Source of the DNA: Proteromonas lacertae
Taxonomy: Eukaryota
Assembly: GCA_002245135.1 (NCBI GenBank)
Contig: NGBS01000589.1
Coordinates: 186,001 to 233,149 of the forward strand
Reading direction: 5' to 3'
DNA length: 47,149 nt
The translations under genes were made by a program, and so were the position numbers. Shown one piece after another: positions 39,314-47,149 of this stretch (its first letter is position 1; each line of letters starts with the position of its first letter). The notes below the pieces were generated by a model. It was given only the letters and a program-made list of their open reading frames with translations. It was not told the DNA's origin and ran no database searches.

Positions 39314-39402
39314 TTATATGTATATATGTACGTATGTATATTTTTGGTAAGAAAAATGTTAATACACTCAAAAAATAAAATTTAATATATATATATAAGT
39401 AT

Positions 39403-40371
39403 TTAATAAAGTATTATTTCAAATTGAAATGATATATTAGTTAAATCTATAGCAAAACCATCTTCATTTGATAAGTTAATTTTCATTTTTTGATAATCAT
39501 GAAATTGCATTTTTTTAGTTGACCAATCTATCTGTGGGTTAACCCATGTTATATTTGTATTTGATATATCAGTTACTGGTATATTTGCTAAAACATTTGA
39601 ATTTTCAGTATTATTAACCCAACTACTTCTTACTTGAATTACATTACACCATATAAGTGATGGTGTTAATAAAAATTTATGATCATAGTATTGTTCTTTT
39701 GTGCCCCAACTAAGTGATGGATTACTATTTAATATAATTAATTCATCATCTATTACATTACTACCTAATAACCTACCAAATAGGTTAGGCATTCGCATTT
39801 TTATTTTTGTTAGTAAATAATTACCAAAGTGAGTATATATTGCACAATATAATTTTAATCTATTCGTAGTCTTATCATACCAGTCAAATAACTTATCTCC
39901 CGCTTGAGGATGTAAGAAATAATTAAAACGTTCATCTTCATCTCTTTCTTTTACAGGCACAATATTTTCATGTACTGCTACGCTAAATCTTAATTCAGTT
40001 AACATACTCTTTGTTAAATAACTTAAAAACTCTTCACCACTATAATGATTTTGTGGTATCTTTATCTCTAATGTATTAAATTTTGGTCCGCTTAATATTA
40101 CACTTGGATCATTCAAGGGTTTTATAGGATCATTTACATGAAAATATTCTATATCAAAACATACTTTTTCATTAACATCATCTTGTATAGTGTATATGTT
40201 ATTGTTTGATATTCTTGCTATGTTTAACGTAATATATTGATATTGTTCAGTTATCACAGGTGTTGATAAACATTTAGTATATATATCTGACTCTGATTCA
40301 ATAGTGTCAGTTGATGATAAAAAAATTGTTCTCCTATGACCTAATTTATTAGTATCACTCTTAGGTTGCAT
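39403..40371 (-). CDS. Putative minor capsid (penton) protein
   Basis: 322 aa. N-terminal IFLSSTD and C-terminal NVLANIPV...KINLSNEDGFAIDLTNISFQFEIIL resemble Polinton/PLV penton termini. Confidence 0.7.
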   Translation of the reverse strand: MQPKSDTNKLGHRRTIFLSSTDTIESESDIYTKCLSTPVITEQYQYITLNIARISNNNIYTIQDDVNEKVCFDIEYFHVNDPIKPLNDPSVILSGPKFNTLEIKIPQNHYSGEEFLSYLTKSMLTELRFSVAVHENIVPVKERDEDERFNYFLHPQAGDKLFDWYDKTTNRLKLYCAIYTHFGNYLLTKIKMRMPNLFGRLLGSNVIDDELIILNSNPSLSWGTKEQYYDHKFLLTPSLIWCNVIQVRSSWVNNTENSNVLANIPVTDISNTNITWVNPQIDWSTKKMQFHDYQKMKINLSNEDGFAIDLTNISFQFEIILY

Positions 40372-40441
40372 TATATATATATATATATGTGAATGTATAA
40401 GAATTAATTAAATAAATAGTTATTTCATTTTTTCTCACATA

Positions 40442-43227
40442 ATGAACAACCGTAATAGAATACGAAGAGATTTATTAAATTTTGATGATGATGAAGGTAC
40501 AACAGTAGATAATACAAATAGCGATAGTAGTAGTAATAATTCTAGCAATAATGTTATTAATAATAATTCTACTAATAGTAATAATGATAATGATGATGAT
40601 GATGAAACAGAAGAAGATACTGATTCTGATAATATAGGTATTGCAGGTAATGATGAACGTCTTACTAATAGAGATTTTGAAGATATAATTTATGATAATG
40701 CTAAAAGACTTATACCAGTAGGATGGCCTGATCATGAGTTTAATAGAATTTATAATTTATATGATGTGCATATGAAGTTGTTTAATTGGGGTAAATCATT
40801 ATATCAACAAGGACCATTTTCAAGAAATAAACCATTGCATCAATACAGCTATGAATCAAATAACGATGTTAAAATAATAATTGATAGATTAAATAAAGCA
40901 ATTGATGAATTATGTATTGCTTCAAATTATATACTTAGGAATAATCCATTTGTTGTGCTTCATCCTAAAGAAAGATTGAATGTTGTCAAATTAGAAAATA
41001 AAAGAATAAGAAAAATACAAAAAGAGACAAAGGATCATACTCATCCATTTAATGAAGAAGATGATAAAGATATATATGATAATAATAATTATGAAGCAAA
41101 TACATCAGCACCAGCAAATTCGTCACGTAATGTTGTAGCACGTCAATCAGTTCAACCACATGCACAACAACAGCAATCACAAGATAATAATAATGATGAT
41201 AATGATGATGAAGAAGATGATAATGATTTACCTGATGATCCTTATGAAGATGATCAAGGTAATTTTTTACCTTTAGAAGATAATTCTATTCATGCTCAAA
41301 CAATTCAAGTACATAGTTCAAATGCAATAAATAAGATAAGAATTTTGGTATATAACAAATCAACAAGAAAGAACTGCATTTTCAATAGCTGTATTAATAT
41401 ATAATTGTGTAACAGAATTATTTTACTTAAGCAAATATAGATTTCCTAGTTTAAGAGATGGGCATACATATCCTGAACCTGCTGATTATGATAAAAGAAA
41501 TATAATGGGTTTACCTTCATCTATTTCTAATGGATATCGAATGAATTATATAGCAACAATTCAAAAAATATTAGAGTCAAATAATATAAAAGAAGGACAA
41601 AGAGATACTAATCATTATGCTGATGCAATTATGTTCAATATGAATAGATTAGCTCAAAAGAAGAAATTTATTAGTTCTTATCCACCACTATTACCAGTAG
41701 AAGAAGCATTATCTAGAGATTATAAAGGAAGATATCAAGTTAGAAATCCTAATAGAGGTAATGTAAATGTAAATTTTAGAAATAATGTTCCTCAACAACA
41801 ACAACAGCAAGAAGAAGAAGAAGAAGAATTATCTCCATTATCATTTCAAGATAATCAATCACAAAATAGTTTTGATGATAATAATGATTCATACAATCTT
41901 AGTTATGATGATGATAATATAGCACAACCACCGCCTATTGTTTCAAGTGATTATAATAATGATTCACCAAGAGAGGTATCACCAGTATATTCACCAATAA
42001 CACCACCATTAGCTCCTCAACCTCAACCACGTCAACAACCATTACCACCATATCTTCCTCCATCATCAAATTATCATCCACCTCCTCCTCCTCCTCCACC
42101 ACCATCAAATCATTACCCACCTCCTCCACCACCATCAAATCATCCACCACCGCAACCACCACCATCATCACAAGTTCCTAATATAGTTCATCATTTTAGA
42201 TTAAATGGTACAACAAATCAAGTTCCTTATACATCTGTTTTTGCAAATCAGAATAATAATAATAATAGTGATGATAATAATGATGATGATGATGAAGAAG
42301 AAGCTACTGATACAGATATTAGTGTTAATGATAATGATGAAGGTAGTGATACAGATGTTTCTGAAACAGAATGGAATGATGATTATATTTTTCATTCACT
42401 TAAATTAAAATATGATCCAAATAATAGTAATAATATAAATTATACAAAAATTGCTGATTTAAAACCTCCTACATTTTGTTTTATATAGATTTAATGATGA
42501 AGATCCTAATGTAGTAAATAAACCTAAAAGGAATGTAAGAGCATTTACTCTGAAAGAATTATTACGTTATTATGCAATAGATTTATTTACTAAAGTAACT
42601 TATATATATGATATACAAGGCTATATGAATAATAAATTTAAAAAAGAAAAGATTGTAATAGTAAAAGATAATGTTCCTTATGATAATTTTAAAGAATATG
42701 TAAAAAAATTCAAAGTTCAATTACCAATTACTACACCAAATATATATCCCTTTTATACATTAGATAAAAAATCAACTATGCTAAGATTTTACGGTTATGA
42801 CTATTATAATAATATTTATACTGAATGTCAATTAAGATTCTTTAATAATAATTTAGCTAAAGCTAAAGAAGATTTATATTTGAGGTGTCCTTTAATTAAT
42901 ATAATTGATGATGATGAAGCAATAGAAAGAGAAGTTTTATTTCCTAAACGATATAGAGTAAATTGGGGTGAACAACCTGGTCAATCTGAAGAAGAAAAAA
43001 GAATTATATGTGGAACCTTAAGTATTATTCCCAATTATTATGAAAATGATCAAGAATGGTATATTTTAGATGATTGTCAAACACAAATAAATGATTATTT
43101 ATTAGATATGCCTAATGATGGTATTTATAAATATTATAACTATCCATTTCTATGTAAATTTAATGATAAAGTTGTAGTTGTTATACATAGATCACTTAAA
43201 AATTCGTATATATTTATAATGAAGTAA
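40442..43227 (+). pseudogene. Large viral protein (about 930 aa, D/N-rich and poly-Pro linkers) split by two 1-nt frameshifts
   Basis: The frame of ORF 41505 is open back to 41340 and the frame of ORF 42625 is open back to 42463; each overlaps the previous ORF. Confidence 0.6.
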
Positions 43228-43281
43228 GACATCCTGAGCGTGTAACAGATAATGATAATGTATTAGCTCATACTGAATTAT

Positions 43282-43719
43282 ATGGTAATGGTAAAAGAAG
43301 AAGAGATCATTCGTTACATAACGGCTATATATATAAAAAAAGCAAATATTTTTAGTTTCAATTTTCCAGTTCAAAATAGCTTAAAAATGTATATTTTCGA
43401 TAAAAAGTATAAGTATTTTATTAAAATATGTTCAAAAGAGCAATTCAATAATATTCTTGATCAAGTAGATAATTTGCTCTGTGAAGCTAGTAATTATTAT
43501 GATTTTTGGGAATATCAATCAGTTTTTAAGAGAGAAGAAGTTAGAGAGATAGTAAGAAAGGCTTGGAAGAAATTACAAATTTGTAGAACTGTGAATGATG
43601 AAAGACATTTTATAGATTCAAATAGAATTACATCATTAGAAGAAACATATCTACGTTTAGAGGTTAAGATGAAAACAAATGATGCATGGCATTCTATAAT
43701 TGGTTATCATTGGGGATAG
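43282..43719 (+). CDS. Hypothetical viral protein (145 aa)
   Basis: Intronless ORF inside the viral block; no recognised motif. Confidence 0.4.
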   Translation: MVMVKEEEIIRYITAIYIKKANIFSFNFPVQNSLKMYIFDKKYKYFIKICSKEQFNNILDQVDNLLCEASNYYDFWEYQSVFKREEVREIVRKAWKKLQICRTVNDERHFIDSNRITSLEETYLRLEVKMKTNDAWHSIIGYHWG

Positions 43720-43811
43720 TGATCAACCTGGCTATATAGAAGAACAGAAGTTTTTAAAAACAAAATCAACATGTATAGATAATAATAATAATTAATATAT
43801 ATATAAAATAA

Positions 43812-44377
43812 TTATATCATCTTAAATTTATTTTGTAATAGTCTTGCTTTAGCTTCACCTTCAATTGTATTAAAATTAGTAGCTTCTTTAAATGAATTAT
43901 TATATTCTATCACTGATATTAAAAATAGAATTGCATGATAGCCACATCTTGCACTATCAACTCTTTGATGTTTCACTCTATTAATTTTTATTTGATATAA
44001 TTCATCAGGGTATTTCTTACAGCTTTGCATTCTCTTATAAAACTTTTTTATTTCTTTTGGTTGCTCACCAAACTATCATAATATAATATCTCTCTTTTGT
44101 CATTATCAATAATTAAACTAACCCAATGACCAATTTTCGATCTCTTATCAGTTGTTTTATTTGTGCTTAATATAACACACCACTTATTACAATCTTTATA
44201 TTTATCTATATATTGTTTTTCATTCCACAAATATACACCTTTAAAATACTTGTTAGTTTTAGGAAAGAATCTCTTTATGATTTTAATTATATCATGATTT
44301 GATATAGCATCTATTTTAATATCATCACTAATATATGAAGTATTACCAGCACTATAATCATTATAGAATAATCTCAT
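43812..44377 (-). pseudogene. Adenain/Ulp1-clan (CE) cysteine maturation protease, one frameshift
   Basis: IGHWVSL...ILYYDS(F)GEQP...KHQRVDSARCGYHA after restoring one T near 44070. Catalytic H, D, C and oxyanion Q are all present. Confidence 0.85.
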
Positions 44378-44459
44378 ATTTTTAATATATTTAAGAATTT
44401 AATTAATGATTATTCATTTAAAGAATTCTTAACGTATATATATATATTTATATATAACA

Positions 44460-45193
44460 ATGGGTAAATTTAAAGATTGGTTAAAAAATCAAAAATTCTA
44501 TCAAATGCAGCTAAGTTAATACCTTTTGCTGGACCAGCAATTGGTGATAGTATTGAGAATATGGGTTATGGTAGACGTAGAAGAAGAAGAACAGTTAGAA
44601 GAACAAGAAGAAGTAGTGTAAGAAGAAGATGCCTTTAAGAAGAAGAAGACAAGTGCTATTACTTTAACTTGTAATTGCATAAAGGTTAAACAAGGAAGAA
44701 GAAAAGCTAGAAAAACAAGAAGAACTAGAAGACATAGATTTACTAGTGATGGTAGATTAATTAGATCAGCAGGTTTAGGTAGCTGGTTAAAAAAAGGAAT
44801 AACAAAAGTTAAAGATTTTGTGACTTCTGACAAATTTAAAAATGGTATTGAAAAAGCAAAAGAGATTAATAGCACATTGAGAGAGAAGAAGTATATAAGC
44901 AATATAGCAAGAAAAGCTCGTAATGTTGCTAATACATTAGGTTTTGATAAAGTTGCTGATGTTGCTGATAAAGTATATAATACATCATCTAAATTCGGTT
45001 ATGGTAAACGAAGAGTTAGAGGTGGTTTAAGATATAAACAAAATGGTGCAGGTAAGAGAGAAGAAAACTAATTGCAAGAAGTTTGCCAGTTAATAATGGT
45101 TTAACAAAACCTTGTGGATTTAATAAAAAAGGTATTTATAATCCACAAGTTGATTTAGAAATTTTTTTAGCATACAGTGTTAAACATAAATAA
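44460..45193 (+). pseudogene. Arg/Lys-rich virion core/membrane-active precursor (adenovirus pVII/pVI-like by analogy), three frameshifts
   Basis: Reconstructed MGKFKDWLKKSKILSNAAKLIPFAG...MGYGRRRRRRTVRRTRR...RSAGLGSWLKKGITKVKDFV...FGYGKRRVRGGLRYKQNGAGKR. Confidence 0.6.
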
Positions 45194-45269
45194 TAAAAAA
45201 TTAAAAAATATTATTCATTCATAAAATTCTTATATAATTTATATATATATATATATATTATTATAAAAA

Positions 45270-45840
45270 ATGAATAGTAATAAAAATCAAAAAGTAAAAA
45301 TTACACGTGATTATTATCATATAGTGATTCATCTGATGAAGATGATTATAATACACCATTAGCACAAGATATGAGTAAGACTGATAGAGAGATTGCAGAG
45401 TTATTATATAGATTAAATAAAAATGAAGATGAATTGGTAAATGATAAATCTGAGTTTAATGAACTAGATGACATTGATAATAAAAATTATATACCAACAA
45501 GGCAATCAGTCAAAAAGAATATAAAATTAAGTGAAGAAGCTAGATTACAAAGAATTAAAAACTTAGAGAAAGCTAGAGCAACAAGAATGAAAAATTTATA
45601 TGAGAAGAGAAGGAGAGAAAAGCATTAGATAATTTGAATATTAAAGAGGTTGAAAAGGATTTAGATGTTGATGAGACATGTACTCTTGATACAATTAAAA
45701 AACCTGTTAATAAAAAGAAATGCATTAAAGTACCTGGTAGTGATGATCCATTTAGTATAGGTGATAAAAAAGATGGTTTAGAACCAGTTCCAGAAGATGC
45801 TAAGATGCCTGGTGATGATGCAATATTACCAATATATTAA
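45270..45840 (+). pseudogene. Fragmented viral protein with charged helix (EEARLQRIKNLEKARATR)
   Basis: ATG at 45270 after a (TA)n tract; ORF pieces 45371-45628 and 45634-45840 are linked by frameshifts. Confidence 0.45.
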
Positions 45841-45915
45841 TTTATTATAATATTTTTTTTTATATGTTTTCTTAGTGGTTTTATATATATATATATACAT
45901 ATATACATATATAAT

Positions 45916-47149
45916 ATGAGTAATAAAAAATCAAAAAATAAGTTATCTAAAAAGATGACAAATTTATTAATGAAGAGAATATTAAAACGTATTAGACGTA
46001 GAGCAAAGGTGAAGAAGTTTAATAAACATGTTAAAACTAATAGTGAAGCAGAACTTATAAAGTATTATATGAATAGTGTTGAAAGAAATAAAGCAAGAGA
46101 GGAAGCATTTAATGAATATAATCAAAAGAATATATGCAAGGTGTAAATCAAAAAAGAATTAATAATATGGATGAAGCAATGGAACATATTATCAATAATA
46201 TTGAAAGATATAGAAATCCTGATTCAGATAGGCTAAAGAAAAATTTTGAAATGTATCAAGATGCAATTAGACATGGAAAAGCAAGTGCTACAGATGCAGA
46301 TAAATATTTAGGACCTATTGAACAATCAGTTATGATAGGTGATGAAATTTATCATCATGATCCTAACTTTGTTTATACTAGAAATGCACATCATAAACCA
46401 GGTGATGATGTGTTATAGAAGAGGTCCTCCAAAAAGAGCTTCGATATATTGACCTGATGATGGTGATGATGGAGATAATGGAGGTGATGGAGGAAATCAT
46501 AGAGTTAGAAATCCATTACCAGGACCAAATATACATGGTCCACCACAAGTACCAAATGATGGAAATATTCACATAGTTCAAGACGGTGAGGTGATAATGG
46601 TGGTATAGTAGTGAACCCACCACCTAGAGTTCCACCTCCTAGAGGTGGTATAGTAGTGAACCCAGTATATAGACATCCTCCCACATAGAGTAGTAATAGT
46701 TAACCCTCCACCTAGAGTTCCACCTCCTAATGTAGTAAACCCACACCACCTAGTGGTGATGGTGGTGTTAGAATAGTTAACCCCCCGCCACCTATAGATG
46801 TACCATCTAGAGTACCTGTAGTGAATCGAATTCCTTTAGAACATAATCATCATCACCAGTGTATGAACCAGCAAGAATAGTTAATCCACCAGGTATATCT
46901 GGAGGATTATCTATTCCAGAAAATAATGTTCCATTAATAGTTCCATCAAGAGATAGAAATTCAACAGATAATATACCTTTACCTAACAGTAAACCATCAT
47001 CACCTATTTATGAAAGAGAAAGAGAAAGAAGTGCATCCCAATACCAATTAATGATAATGATGATGGTGAGACAAGATATAATTTTAGACGTGAAAGAAAT
47101 AGACCTAAAAGATATGAAGATGAATTTGTTGCTTATGATGGAACTACAT
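45916..47149 (+). pseudogene. Fragmented viral protein: basic N-terminus, then Pro-rich VVNPPPRVPPP repeats (runs off window)
   Basis: Overlapping ORF pieces 45916-46146 and 46134-46418, followed by repeated CCACCTAGAGTTCCACCTCCT units. Confidence 0.45.

Larger units (their letters stand above)
35239..47149. mobile_element. Endogenous Polinton-like dsDNA virus (left end approximate, runs off right end of window)
   Basis: Block of intronless ORFs containing an A32 ATPase, an adenain-like protease, putative major and minor capsid genes and an Arg-rich core protein; contiguous with host genes. Confidence 0.88.

Noticed and set aside
35239..47149. Giant virus (NCLDV) or phage/bacterial contamination
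   Set aside because: No NCLDV replication or transcription genes and no terminase or portal. The compact ATPase-capsid-protease set fits Polinton-like viruses and the base composition matches the host.

Overview
Very AT-rich, gene-dense eukaryotic DNA from a protist. Introns are tiny GT-AG introns (27-60 nt where measured) and a RIB43A gene implies flagella; a stramenopile/Opalinata-like host is plausible but unproven. Bases 1-25.3 kb hold mostly intact host genes: an IPT/TIG protein, head-to-head DEAD-box helicases DBP8/DDX49 and HAS1/DDX18, an FkbM methyltransferase, a pseudokinase-LRR gene, a MyTH4-SH3 myosin, RIB43A, a 7TM-RGS receptor, PIG-C and an RPD3/HDAC1 deacetylase. A complete 2.73-kb hAT transposon (8-bp target-site duplication CAATGAAT) splits a surface-protein gene. 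Bases 25.3-35 kb are an unstable accessory zone: a 1.6-kb duplication of a TPR pseudogene, a small island with palindromes, GC hairpins and an unannotated C-terminal fragment of a Polinton-type protein-primed DNA polymerase B, and a Tudor-like repeat gene. From about 35.2 kb to the end lies an intronless endogenous Polinton-like (adintovirus/virophage-related) DNA virus. It has two paralogous fibre-like genes, an A32 packaging ATPase, putative major and minor capsid genes, a frameshifted adenain-type protease and a frameshifted Arg-rich core/membrane-lytic precursor, and (TA)n tracts precede most viral start codons. All calls come from reading motifs by eye; no searches were run.
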